Source: Callorhinchus milii
Lineage: Eukaryota
Direction: 5' to 3'
DNA length: 64,000 bases
NCBI RefSeq assembly: GCF_018977255.1
Contig: NW_024704757.1
Location: forward strand, 12,648,001 to 12,712,000
The notes under the pieces are model-generated. The model did not search any database, was not told the origin of the DNA, and saw nothing but the letters and a program-made list of their open reading frames with translations. This document shows, in pieces, positions 37,741-50,427 of this stretch (position 1 is the stretch's first letter; every line of letters starts with the position of its first letter). The translations under genes were made by a program, and so were the position numbers.

Positions 37741-38341
37741 CTGGAGAAAAGAAAGTTTCATTTTGATCTTTCTGTGTTGAGAGAAACAAAGCATGGCCAA
37801 GGATAATGGGATAGGAAATCCTTATTGACCATAAATGTTGACTGTTTTGACAATAGCAGTTCATTATTATTGGGCGTAGGCTCAAAGCCCCAAACTGATA
37901 ATTTCAGGATTCATTAACTTTTAACTTATATAGACTCATTCATTCATTTTCTAGTCGGTTCCTGCGGCAGCAGTGTTTGTGTGAATTTCTACAGCTTATA
38001 TGATTCACCACTACGATACACACAACTTCACACAAAGCATGTAATGGTTACACAGCAAAAGTGGACTATCAATAAATATTGTGCAGTAAATTAGAATTAG
38101 CCTGCAACTCGGACTTCACGTAACTCATATTAAATGTTATGGTCCCGACTGAAACAACTCATGTGAGTTTTAATATAGAGTTCAATAGATAATTGACACA
38201 TTTCCACATGCAGTAGTTATCCACCAGAGATGCTCAAATGAGTATTTTAGTTCATACAATTGTGAGTACTTTTTTTCTCTTTTAGAAGATTAGCTACAAA
38301 TTATTCCTGAGTTTGAATCTAATACACAAGGTCAAACATAC

Positions 38342-38499
38342 CTAATGAGTATGAATTTGATTTCAAACGCTGGTGAATAGTCTTCAAATCTGATTAAATG
38401 CTCAAAAATAACTGGTGTAATAAGATTTGCTGCAGTAATGACAATGGAGGGCAAATACTGAAGCATGAGGTCTTGTAAAAACGTATCTGAATTATGTGG
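38342..38499 (-). CDS. TMC7: TMC7 exon 9
   Basis: 158 nt, QYLPSIVITAANLITPVIFEHLIRFEDYSPAFEIK. Confidence 0.92.
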
Positions 38500-38833
38500 C
38501 TGCAAAAGAAAAGCATAATCAATTCATATCCGTCAAAACAACCTAAAAAAGACCATGATAAAACCCAATGGGAAATTTTAAAATACATTTAAGAATAACA
38601 CTGCAAGTGCTAATCAGGTTTGCAAACATTTTTTTCACCAGGCATCTGGCAAAGGTGCTTCAATTTAATTCATCATTTGCATTACAAATTCCACATTTCC
38701 TGTTCCGATATGCAGCATCTTACGTTTATACATAAAATATTGTCATCTTTTGTTCTGCTCATAATAAAGATGATTTTTATTTTCTGGAGTCCAGACAATT
38801 CACCTTTTTTTAACAATAATAAATTGATCTTAC

Positions 38834-39007
38834 TCTGTCGTCCCGTGCTTCTGAGTAGATTGTTGCTCTGTATATGCAGTAAAAACAAACACTCAATACC
38901 AGAGCAACTATCAAATTCAAAACAGCCCTTATAAAGTAGATGTGCATCTTCTCTTTCTTGGTTCTCTCTGCAATCTTCTGTTTGATCCTTTCTTCCTCCA
39001 AATCAGT
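38834..39007 (-). CDS. TMC7: TMC7 exon 8
   Basis: 174 nt, TDLEEERIKQKIAERT..CFYCIYRATIYSE. Confidence 0.92.
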
Positions 39008-39644
39008 CTGTGAACCATAAAAAAATGCTTTAATTTCAGTGTCTTCTATGAAGATGGACATACTATTGCAGGTTTACATGTTAATGCAAAAATCTATTGA
39101 AGTGAACAATCAAAGAGAGAGCGAGCTGATAGCTGGGTTAAGTGTTCAGCTGTGCTCAGATTGCACACAATCGCGCTGCTTGAATCTCTCCACATCCTCA
39201 GCAAAAGTTTATCCCAATGGCGTCTCAATCAGGTTTACATGGAGGATAGCCAGCAAATCAGAGATTCACCAATATGAATCGCCGATCTAGTCTCAATTAC
39301 TCCTTACTATCCTGGACAACATAAAACCAGCAAAGGAAGAACCTGAAAACATTTTTATTAAATGATTTTTTTTAATAAAGTCTGTTTTATTGCATGTGTT
39401 GGAATTAAGAGAGGAAGATCCAGAAAACAGCACAGAACATCTGTCTGCCAGCCAGCCTGATTTTCTCGAGCAAATCTTTTGTGGTCTACATTCACCCATT
39501 CCAACTTCCAAACAGAAATGAAAACCCAAGATGAGGCGCGTTTGCATTTATTTGGAAATACACAAGTACTTGTATATATTGAGTATTCGGGGAAATCTTT
39601 TAACCTATTGGCTAATTTTATATGGAATCAGAAAAGGTACTTAC

Positions 39645-39792
39645 TTGAAGCTCATACTGTAGACTGCTGTGTTTCAGTTGTGCTGCATGTTCATCTGAGA
39701 TGCAAAAATCCCAACCTGCAAAGATTTTATTGCAAAAGCTCTGAAATCGATCTTCGGCACTAATGATGCTCTGCTTAAAACCTTCCACAGCT
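39645..39792 (-). CDS. TMC7: TMC7 exon 7
   Basis: 148 nt, [37 protein letters not shown]. Confidence 0.93.
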
Positions 39793-40134
39793 CTAAAGAA
39801 TTCAGAAAAAATAAAATTGAGGCAATGATAAAATAAGAGACCATGAAACAAGAAAAGGTCACTCAGGTTATCGAATGCATAGCCTTGTACAGGCTCAACA
39901 AAATGTACTTGATGGTGAACCCTGCCCCCATTCATTACATCACCTGAAAAAGGATAAGGGATAGAATATTCCTGAGACCCCGAGATCACCCCCTCCAAAC
40001 CCAAGCAACTTCTTGCACTGGGGTGAATTCAGCTTGGATATTCCAGGATTATTATTGTGCATAACTATTATAAGCAACTGAGAGGGGGAAAAGAATGTAC
40101 TACTTAGCACTTAAATTCAAGCAAAAGCAATTAC

Positions 40135-40280
40135 CTTTTGACTATCCACACAAGGCTTAGCAAGATGTATGCTCCTGTTGTCAAGAAATATGCAAGTGGC
40201 AGATTGTAACCTAAATACTTTATCTGCGAATGGTCTATTTTGTAATATCCATAAAACAGATAAGTATGCTCCAAGAATCC
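40135..40280 (-). CDS. TMC7: TMC7 exon 6
   Basis: 146 nt, GFLEHTYLFYGYY..YNLPLAYFLTT..LSLVWIVKR. Confidence 0.93.
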
Positions 40281-41240
40281 CTAAACAAAAATAGAAAATA
40301 TGAAAGACAATGAGTTATGGAAGAAACAAATATTACAAAAGTTACAGGCTCGTGGACTAAATGGCCTCTTCCTGGTCCCATATTGCTACCCTTTCCAAAA
40401 TAAATGGCGGGAAACATGATATACATGTACATGGCTTTAGTGGAGTTTGCAGGTAGATTTTGAGCAGCTTATCAATAAAAAACAATGCAGCCCCACTGTA
40501 ATAATATTCTTTGTAGCGCAAATTCAAATAAAATACAGTTGCAGTGCATCCCATTCATTGAACATGTGTAAGCTGGCCCTCAGATTTCCTGCATTGTATA
40601 TTGTATTACAATGGCTGACTTATAGGTCGCAATAGTTCATCACCGACCACAGTTCCTGCTTGCTTTTGTAAGTCCCATTACCCAATTTTCCTTCTTGAGT
40701 TTCTCTGAACCTTCTATGCCCCTTATATTGAATTATAAGAGTGAAAGTGTGACTTGAACATTAAAATCATCTTGGTAGAACTCATCCCACACTTATACTG
40801 TAAGTTTAAACGTTTACTGTATAAACAGGGCAAAACTCCCCATTAAATAACTATTGACAAGTCGCAGAGGGTTTGCAACAAATTGGAGTATAAATTATAT
40901 TGCTACCAACATCTGGTCATACAAAGAGTGTCACCTAATCTAATTTTTGCATAGCCAATAATGTTTCAGGAATTAGTCTGGTTATATTGACATTCATTTC
41001 ATCTCATCTCATAACATGCAATATAATTCAACATCACAGGGATTTAGAAAATGCAAACATTTGGTTAACCAAAGCACAACATATACAGTCTTTGCAACAT
41101 TATTATATTTATATGTGTCATATTTAAAATATTTACATTTACAACATAGGAAACTAAAATAAACAAGCATCTCAAACCACAGTAATTTCATCTAATATGG
41201 TATCCTAATTTATGTCAAGCCATTAATTTAATATACTTAC

Positions 41241-41323
41241 TGTCCCTGTAAGAAGATCAATTATGTAAGAGTAGAAGACAATAAGTCCCTTGTCAAACTT
41301 TTCATACTGCGTGCATTCAGGAA
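41241..41323 (-). CDS. TMC7: TMC7 exon 5
   Basis: 83 nt, PECTQYEKFDKGLIVFYSYIIDLLTGT. Confidence 0.9.
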
Positions 41324-42010
41324 CTATAAAACAGAAGAACAAAATACAGAAAATGTGCACTTGGTTTCAACTGGTACTAGTGTTGTTGACATTGCTGGGA
41401 AAGATGTTATGGTAGTATTTTTAAACAAAGCCAATTATACTGTTATTGGAGGCTTGGTTAAACATATCACATTGAAGCATCCCAGAGCTAGCTTTTGGAA
41501 GCTTCTTTTTCCTGAAAATGTTGCGACAAGGGAAATAAATGATCAGCCAATGTAATGGATAATTGTCACTGGGAAGAATTTTCAGCATTCAATGCCATGG
41601 GTGCTCACATGTACCATAATCCACCCAACAGTGGATGCAAATTTAAACAAAAAAAATTAAAAAGGGAAACTGAAAGGAAGGATGAAATGACCAGATCCAA
41701 GCTAACTAACCACAGTGAGGCAATTTAAAATGAGAGTGGAAAATTATCTGACAAAGATGCCAGTACCTCAACACTAATAATGGTTTAAAGATTCAGTGTT
41801 CTTAGATATTTCTTTTGCTCTTCTACCCCAACCCATAGGCACATCACTGGGATGACGACAATATCCATTTCCCACGAAGCTTGAAAAATTAGAAAGATTG
41901 TATACTTAAACTAATGACTTTAGCAGTTGAGCGCATATGAATACTTTGAACATCTTCTTGGCTTCAAGAACAATAATTTCTACATCCCTATAGTGTTTAA
42001 GGTTATTTAC

Positions 42011-42175
42011 CTGAATTGTAGGACAAAGGCTCGACGTTCACTTGGTGTTTTTTCTGTTTTATAAAAAACATCGGCAACGTGACAAAACAAAACATTAAAA
42101 GGAAAATCACAAAGTTCAGCAAAACTAAAAATCGGAGAAAAGAGAAGTAAGACTGGATTCCAGTGCCAAATTTGC
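42011..42175 (-). CDS. TMC7: TMC7 exon 4
   Basis: 165 nt, [28 protein letters not shown]. Confidence 0.93.
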
Positions 42176-42518
42176 CTGAATGAAAAAAAATTAAAAAAAC
42201 ACTAAATTAGGTACAGGTTGAATTTACGTTTAAAGTCACCCAAGAAGAGCCACATCTTACATTCTCCTTTATATCACAATACATAATAATGTTTGCATTT
42301 GACTTAGCACCTTATCATGTCAGTGAGACGTCTCAATGCACGTCACAGAATATTCTGCAAAGTGAATTGACTGTGTATTTTGTGGGCGAAACGCAGCAGC
42401 CAATTATACACAGCAGATGCCCTCAACGTTGTATTGTAAATTATGTTGACTTGATCTCAAAGGAACTTCAATTCCCTCTGCCCTGGACTGAATGACCTCC
42501 TCCCAATTTAGCTTTTTT

Positions 42519-43441
42519 TTACAACAACAAAATTACATTTATATAGCGCCTTTCACGTAGGGAGGACGTCCCAAAGCGCCGGACAGACAGTCTCGGACCC
42601 AAGTTTAGGGTCGGGGTAGGGGAGGGCAGGGGGGGAAGCAGGGAGATCAAAAGCACGATCGAAGAGGAGGGGCTTGAGGTGGGTCTTGAAGGTGGCGAGG
42701 GAGGGGGCGACATGGAGGGACTGCGGAATGGAGTTCCAGAGGGTTGGTGCAGAGTGGCGGAAGGACCGCCCGCCGATAGTGGGGCGAGCGAGGCGGGGGA
42801 CTTGAAGCAGAAAAGAGCCCACTGAGCGGAGGGAGCGAATAGGATGGTAGTGGGTTAGCAGGTCGGAGAGGTGGGGGGAGCAAGACCATGGAGGGCTTTG
42901 AAGGTGAGGACCTTGATCGTGAACTGTATCCTCTGTGTGATGGGAAGCCAGTGGAGTTGGGCAAGGATGGGGATGATAGGGTCACAGAGCCTAATGCAGG
43001 AGAGGACACGGGCTGCAGAGTTCTGGATGATCTGCAGTCTGTGGAGGGAGGAGTTGGAGAGGCCGACAAGCAGTGAGGTTGCATAGTCGATCCCCGATGT
43101 AATGAAGGCGTGTATGAGGGTTTCGGTGGCCTGCGGTGTGAGACAGTGTAGGAGCTGGGCGACGTTGCGGAGGTGGAGGAAGGCAGAGCGGGTCATGGTG
43201 TGAATGTGGGGTAGAAAGGATAGTTGAGGGTCGAAGACCTCAAGGTTCCGGACTGGCTTAGCAAGGTTGAGTGTACCACCATGGATGGTAATACTGTCAG
43301 CGTCTGAGGTTAGGAGGCGCTGACAGGAGCCAATCAGGAGAGCCTCGGTCTTGTTGACGTTCAACTGAAGAAAGTTAGCTCTCATCCTGGACTTGACGCC
43401 TCACAGACATTCTGTCAGCACAGCAGTGGTCCTTGAGTCAG
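42519..43441 (-). mobile_element. 5'-truncated L2 LINE (RT C-terminal region + 3'UTR) in TMC7 intron 3
   Basis: ORF WMRANFLQLNVNKTEALLIG..LIHAFITSGIDY..LQIIQNSAARVL..LHWLPITQRIQF; (TTG)n tail. Confidence 0.92.
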
Positions 43442-43547
43442 TTTTACTTATGGAGGTGACAAATCTGGTAAACATATATACTGGACCCAATAGCTTCCCT
43501 ACTGTATTAAATAAATTGTCAACATTTTTCCAACTGAATTTCTTCAC

Positions 43548-43696
43548 CCTCTATATCATGAATGTCTTGCTTCCAAAATTGCAACATTACTCCTAGTAAT
43601 TTGCTTGATTCCACAAACCGCCTCCCTTTCCTTTTCCAATAAAAAACGAACCGGTTCCATTTTGTTATCCGTGCTGTTTGAGAATCCCGAGAGGCT
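43548..43696 (-). CDS. TMC7: TMC7 exon 3
   Basis: 149 nt, ASRDSQTARITKWNRF..LQFWKQDIHDIEG; phases fit neighbouring exons. Confidence 0.88.
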
Positions 43697-44159
43697 CTGC
43701 AATGAAACAAAACGTTTTAAAAAGTACCAGAACAAAAAATGCAGGAGTGTAACTAAAAGCTTCCCTCCCAATTCCTTGCTGCAATAATTTTGTAGATACT
43801 CCATATTTTGAAAGATACACAGGACTAAATTCAAAAACAAGCTCAAAGGACTTTCAAACTCAGCCTCTACTCCATTACACACATTTCATCAGTTCATAGA
43901 ATAACTGAAAGTTAAGATTGTCTTATTTGTTGCCTACTCCTTACCTACAAGTGCTATACTCGAGGGTTCAGTTGGTAGGTCAGCCATCTTGGCTTGTCAA
44001 TAAAGACCAACTGAGCCAGGCTGACACTTCAAAACAGCTACTTTAAACCATTTTTTCCCATTGTTTTCTCAGACGCACAGCATACATCAACTCATCAATA
44101 TCTCACATCAGTGATGCTTCAATATACAATTCTTAATTCTGTAGCATGCAGAACCCAAC

Positions 44160-44379
44160 CTCATTTGCTTCTTCTTTTGGATGCTAATTGGATAGTCTCG
44201 CAGGGGCCTTATTTCCAGTTGATTTGATTCACTTAATCTGGACTCAAAGGACTCTAAATGGGAGCGGGCAAAACTTCTCCGTCTACTTCGAGACTGTGTA
44301 GCTGGAGGCTTTTTGATTGAAGTCTGATAACTGGGTAATTCATGTAAGAGTGGGTTGAAGATAATGGGTAAATATATAT
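44160..44379 (-). CDS. TMC7: TMC7 exon 2
   Basis: 220 nt, LLHELPSYQ..RPLRDYPISIQKKKQMR; phases fit. Confidence 0.85.
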
Positions 44380-45104
44380 CTGTAAAGTAAAAGAATTTAA
44401 AGATCTGTAAGCAAATACCCGAACCAAACTACGGAGGGAGTTTCAGTTACACACAAGGTTTCCATTACTCTGGAAATTGAACCCCAAGAGCTCACTCACT
44501 CCAATCCCAGAGAGCATTCGCACAGGTTAGTAAGAGCCAAGATTTTATTATAATAATAATCCTAGTATTTGATATAGCGCCTTATCACGTCAAGGCTTTG
44601 GGAGAAGAGAAGGTTGAAACCCTCCCATAGAGAGNNNNNNNNNNNNNNNNNNNNNNNNNNNNNNNNNNNNNNNNNNNNNNNNNNNNNNNNNNNNNNNNNN
44701 NNNNNNNNNNNNNNNNNNNNNNNNNNNNNNNNNNNNNNNNNNNNNNNNNNNNNNNNNNNNNNNNNNNNNNNNNNNNNNNNNNNNNNNNNNNNNNNNNNNN
44801 NNNNNNNNNNNNNNNNNNNNNNNNNNNNNNNNNNNNNNNNNNNNNNNNNNNNNNNNNNNNNNNNNNNNNTTTAACCAGTTCAAATAAAAAAAACAATTTT
44901 TTTTCCACATTTCAACCTACAACAAAGCCAAAACTTTGCTTTTTTTTAATATATATGTAAAAAAGTTAAAACTGTAGTTTAAGTTCAACTTCAGTTCGCA
45001 GCTAATATTGGGGGATGGTGGTGGGGTTGAGTTTGGGTGAGGGAGAGGGTCGGTGGCTCATTCGTTAATACCAATCATCTTTTTTTAATTATGATAATGA
45101 TTTT

Positions 45105-45725
45105 TTTATTATTATTTTAGTATTATTATTTTGATATTATTAGTATTATTTTAGTATTATTAGTATTATTTTAGTATTATTATTAGTGTTATTTTAGTAT
45201 TAGTGTTATTTTAGTATTATTTTATTAGTAGTTTTATTTTATTAGTACTATTTCAGTATTATTAGTATTATTTTATTAATACTATTTTAGTATTATCATT
45301 AGTATTATTTTAGTATTATTAGCATTATTTTAGCAGTAGTATTTTAGTATTATTAGTGGTATTTAGTCTCATTATTATAGTATTATTATTTTATTATTAT
45401 TATTTTAGTATTATTAGTAGTATCATTTTACTATCACTTTAGCATTGTCATTGGTATTATTTTACCAGTAGTAGTATTGTTATTTTACCATCACTTTAGT
45501 ATTGTCATTGGTATTATTTTATCAGTAGTAGTATTGTTATTTTACCATCACTTTAGTATTGTCGTTGGTATTATTTTATCAGTAGTAGTATTGTTATTTT
45601 ACCATCACTTTAGTATTGTCATTGGTATTATTTTATCAGTAGTAGTATTGTTATTTTACCATCACTTTAGTATTGTTGTTGGTATTATTTTATCAGTAGT
45701 AGTAGTAGTAGTAGTATTATTTTAG
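45105..45725. repeat. (TAT/TAG) low-complexity tract grading into a 57-bp minisatellite (~5 copies, ~45424-45715)
   Basis: Unit tattttaccatcactttagtattgtcattggtattattttatcagtagtagtattgt. Confidence 0.92.
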
Positions 45726-45825
45726 TGTCGTTATTATGTTAGTACTATTTTTACCCTCAGCTCCTGGTGCCCGCGCGAGCCGCCGTTTCAGGGGCGGGAA
45801 CAGACCGACCGACCGACCGACTTAC

Positions 45826-45931
45826 CGGACAGTTTCTGGATGGTGCTTTCCTTCTGGCCGCTGCTGCGGGACGAGCTCGATCCGAGGTTAAGGCCGGGCG
45901 GCGACACGCGGCGTCTCGAACCGAAGTCCAT
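45826..45931 (-). CDS. TMC7: TMC7 exon 1
   Basis: Strong Kozak GCCATGG at 45931, MDFGSRRRVSPPGLNLGSSSSRSSGQKESTIQKLS, donor G|GTAAGT; phase 1 matches exon 2; CpG island. Confidence 0.8.
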
Positions 45932-45999
45932 GGCGGGCGGTGGGCGGGCGGTGGGGGAGACGGTTATTGATGGCCGAGTGGCCCGGTGAGGAGAGGAGC

Positions 46000-46205
46000 G
46001 GGGCGGTGGGGGTGTTGGGGGGGGAGGCCGGTGGGGGTGTTGGGGGGGGGGGAGGCCGGTGGGGGTTGGGGGGAGGCCGGGGGGGGGGGAGGCCGGTGGG
46101 GGGTGTTGACGGAAAGGCCAGTGACCGTTGACAGGTGAGTTCCGGTCGCCTCGAGCTGAAGGTGCAGCCGTCACTTCCGGTGTCTTCGTCACTCAGTGAC
46201 GCCAC
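46000..46205 (-). promoter_or_regulatory. TMC7 CpG-island promoter (ETS/GABP motifs, G-tracts)
   Basis: TTCCGG at 46140-46145 and CACTTCCGGT at ~46172-46181; G-rich repeats 46000-46105. Confidence 0.55.
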
Positions 46206-46324
46206 GCCCTTCCCCCCCCCCCATCATGATCATCATCATCATCATCACCACCATCCCATTCCCAAAGCCCACAGGAATGCCCGTCTGTCTGGAAGAGCCG
46301 GGAGACTCAGCTCCACTCGCCACG

Positions 46325-46650
46325 CCTCGTCTGGCCTGGCCTGGTCTGGCCTGGCCTCGTCTGGCCTGGTCTGGCCTGGCCTGGCCTCGTCTGGCCTGGC
46401 CTGGTCTGGTCTGGTCTGGCCTGGTCTGGTCTGGTCTGGCCTGGCCTGGCCTGGCCTGGCCTCGCCTGGTCTGGTCTGGCCTGGCCTGGCCTGGTCTGGT
46501 CTGGCCTGGTCTGGCCTGGCCTGGCCTCGTCTGGCCTCGTCTGGTCTGGCCTGGCCTCGTCTGGCCTGGCCTGGCCTGGCCTGGCCTGGGGCCTGGCCTG
46601 GCCTGGCCTGGTCTGGCCTGGTCTGGCCTGGCCTGGCCTCGCCTGGTCTC
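46325..46650. repeat. Pentanucleotide repeat (CTGGC/CTGGT/CTCGT)n
   Basis: About 65 units; source of the spurious PGLAW/ARPGQ ORFs. Confidence 0.95.
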
Positions 46651-48489
46651 GCACGTTTCCTTTTCTCGCCGCTCGCAAGACACGTCCGCGAGGGATGGGT
46701 CAACGGGACCCGTCTGGTCCGGTCCGTGCCACGGCCCATCCTCCCGACGTGACACATCTACACAAACGTCATTCTGTTGCTGTTGTTGTCGTCGTCGTCG
46801 CCGTCGTGGTCGTCGTTTGCGGGACTTTTCCCCCCTCGAATCACGCAGTCACCCCGCTTCGCGGCATATCCCGCTAACGCAAGCCCTCGCCAGACGGTCC
46901 GCCCGGTGCGAAAAGCCCCCGCGCCAAATGGCAGCGATTGTCCATTATTATCCGTCCCGATAAACCTATCCTTCTCGGTAGAAAATCCAGCATTTGTTTT
47001 CTTAGAAGAAAGTGAGCCCAGTGTCCTGACCTCAACGAGCCTTCTTGATAGCTCTTTGGAATCATTATCGCCCTCTGTGTAAAAATAACCCCATCGGGTG
47101 CTGTCCTTCGGATGACATGGAGGTGCCGCCGCCTGTTAATGTGAACGTCACAGATCCCATAGCTGTATTTGAAAAGAAAAGGGAGTTAAACCCTGGCCAA
47201 CAATCCTCCATAAAGAGCTGGTCATTCGCTTCATGGCTGTTTGTGGTACACCGCTGTGTACCACATTATACATTACATTCTACAAATACACAGTCAGCAC
47301 ACTTGGCAGTAAATCCTGTGAAGCACTTTTGAGTGGTTTGAATGAAGCGATACGTCTCCAATATACAGATTATTATTCTTAATAATAGCTTCACTCGCTC
47401 ACTCACTCAACTGGGTTGCCATTTTTTGTTTCCCAACTGGTCCAGTACTTTCACAGGTATCTTCTTATTCTTGTCCATTAAGGAAACATTTTGTTTCATC
47501 GATAGAGCAACATTTAAAAGATCAACAACAACAAATGTTGTTTAAAAAAAAACACATTTTACTGTTGATGAAGTTACATTATTTGCTTTGATAATGTTTC
47601 CCCTCTCAGATATCATTTTCATTTAGTGTCATCATCTTTTGCTGAGCCCAAAAATTAATGTTAGAATTCCTAGATCAGCCTTTTTTTAAAAAAACAGTCT
47701 AAAGCCCTTGCGAACCGAGCCACACTGTTGAAATTTTAGGAAAAATGAGACAATGAGAATTCAGGGAGTAATCATTAAATGGTGCCACTCTTAGACTTTA
47801 CACGCCTAAAATCGTAGGAGGAAGGGAGGCATTTCCTAAGAAAGAAAGATGTTGTCAAGGAAATGGAGCAATGAGTTTTTATTTCAACCTAGTAAGAATC
47901 TAAAGAGGTCGAAGAGATGAAGTATGGTCGATAAGAAGCTCAGGAGGTACGATGAGGTAAGCCTTAGAACAAGTTGTAACATGACGGAGAAGCTTGATGT
48001 TTTAATATTATCCTGAATCATCATCCTTAAATGTCCTTTTAAAATGTTAGTCCGTTATACATTGGTCACTAAAAGCGATATGTATTTATCGATGACGTGA
48101 TAAGGCGCTGTTATCAAATGCAAGTATTATTATCATCATCAATATTATTACACAAGTTAAACATATACATCATACGTTTTATTTGGGGGAGGGGGAGCAC
48201 ATTAAGGCATAAGAATATCATTTACTGCTAACCCTAAGCGCTCCGGGGACACTACCTCACGCGAAGAGCGCTATATATAATATAATATAATATTGCTCAT
48301 ATATTATATTACAAGTTATATAATAACTTGTGGTGGTTGTTATTAATTATTAATTATCTCCCAAAGGAAACTTTTTTTTGGAGTCGTGGTCATTTGTTTT
48401 TCTCTCTCTCACTTTCTCTCTCTCTCTCTCTCTCTGTGAACTTTCTAACCAGTTCTGAGCTTGCAATAAAGTTTATGGCCAATTGTTTC

Positions 48490-48682
48490 TGTGGTGCATC
48501 ATCCAAAGAGAAGGAGAGCCTCGGATGCTATGTGGTGGGGGCTGGGTAGCCAGTTCCGGGAGGGAGGAGAGACTGAGGATTGATGGATGGATTGATTGCC
48601 TGGAAAACACTGGTACCAAAGTTTAACTGGGTTACAACACAGCACGACCGATCAGCAACAGGATCGCAGACTTAACGAGCAG
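48490..48682 (+). other. Candidate non-coding first exon of the plus-strand gene (TMC5); start uncertain
   Basis: Strong donor GAGCAG|GTAAGG at 48682/48683, preceded by (CT)n and GCAATAAA/TTTATGG motifs. Confidence 0.35.
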
Positions 48683-50427
48683 GTAAGGAACAGTGCAATT
48701 ACTTCTCTCTCTCTCTCTGTCTGGCAGTATAGTATTTCCACCCCAAGTTGTGACACAGTAATCCAGTGACTCTCTGAAAGCCCCCTTCAGTTGGTGAGCT
48801 CGCAGAGCCACTACAATTATTCATCTTTTTTGTGGTTTTCTCTCCTCCTTTGCAATCATTCAAGCTATTCCCTATTCCCATGACTTCTGACCGACATGAA
48901 AGCTTTAAAGAAGGTTAGTTTGGATGTTGAGATGGTGGGGTGGGGAGGGAGAACCCCACAGGTACTTGATTTATGTTTCAAAAGTTGAAAAGAAACTTTC
49001 CTTGTTTTAACCTTTGGTCATTTATGTAAAGCAGAAAGCTGGTAAGAGAGCAATGTATTTGCCTTTGTATTTCTTCTTCACAAGCGAGTTTGCTTGAGAT
49101 GAAGTTGAAAGCCCCCCCTCCGGATGTTTTCAAAGTAAAATCGGATCATAAGATACTCCTATGATCTGTAATGACAATGTATGTTTTTTTTAAAAAATAG
49201 TGTTTAAGAATCATGTACTTTGCAGAGACTGGCTCCTGGGTTAGCGATACAATCGCACATTGTGTAAAGTGTGGGAATATTTTCCAAAAGAGCACTGAAA
49301 ACACTTGTCGGACACGGTTTAAGTGGATAGCCCAGGTTTATGCAAGTCGTTATCGAGAACAGACGGTTGGGTTTTGTTTGAACCCTGATTGGCAAGCTAG
49401 ATAGAGTGCGGGTGTGTTGCCATGCCATGTGAAAAAAAACTGTCGTGGCTTGAGATGACAAAGAATGAGACTGGAACAAAAACAAAATACTGCAGACGCT
49501 GGAAAGCTGAAACAAAAACCGATGTCGCTGGGGACACTCAGCGGGTCAGGCAGCATCTATGGAGAAAGGAAAGGACTCAAAGGAAAGGAAGAATGAGACT
49601 GGCACTGAATTGCCTTATGAGTGTGGCTTCAACCGAAAGAAGTCCTGCTACTTTATGATGTTTAAGTGGATCTTAGAAACATAGAAATAGAAACATAGAA
49701 ATCCAGATGATCCCCACCATACATACCCCTTCAAGTCCCTCTCTTTCACATAACTGTCTACTTCCCTCTTGAAAGCCACAATGGAATTCACCGCCACTAC
49801 CCTCCTCGACAGGACCTTCCACATCCCAACTCCTCACTGGGTGAAAATATTCCTCCTAAGTTCTTGTTTCCCTCTTCTTGTGGCTATCACATCTATGTCT
49901 CCCAGGTACTGACTCCCCTATCAGTGGAAATAACTTCATTTTATCGATCTTTATAAAACTGCTCATGATTTTGTATGACTCAGTCAGGCCCCGCTCTACC
50001 TGTTCTGCACCAATGAAAACAAGTCCAATAGGATCTTTTCAAGAATTGAGGTGCTGACTCACACCCTAATCGCTGTGCGCCCCGAGACGCTAGCCTGCTT
50101 GAAGGCCGCTATATAAAAGTTATTTTGTAATCTACAACCCAATGTTTGCGCTCTTAGACTGTGTTGCTTTAAACTTTTGTTCCAGCTCCCTCTTCCAGGA
50201 AATAATATTTGCCATATTTTTAACATTTGCTCACTGTTTTATGGTGTTACGAATGCCTGAATAATGGAGATGCATTACAAGGACTTGATCAATGGGGCAA
50301 AGGTCGAAGAACAAGTTCGAATTTTACAGATCTCAATAAGGAAGCACATAAGGAAATGCATTCTATTCCCTGACCCATACGTCATTCTGACTCAGTTGGC
50401 AGAAAGATAAGGGTTCAAGCTCCACAT

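Noticed and set aside
44585-44910. ORFs spanning the N-run
   Set aside because: Assembly gap artefacts.
45424-45725. CRISPR-like array / repeated hydrophobic peptide
   Set aside because: Head-to-tail 57-bp minisatellite without unique spacers, in eukaryotic intronic DNA.
46135-46963. 170-255 aa repetitive ORFs
   Set aside because: Translations of the pentamer repeat in all frames; not Ig switch-type GAGCT/GGGGT.
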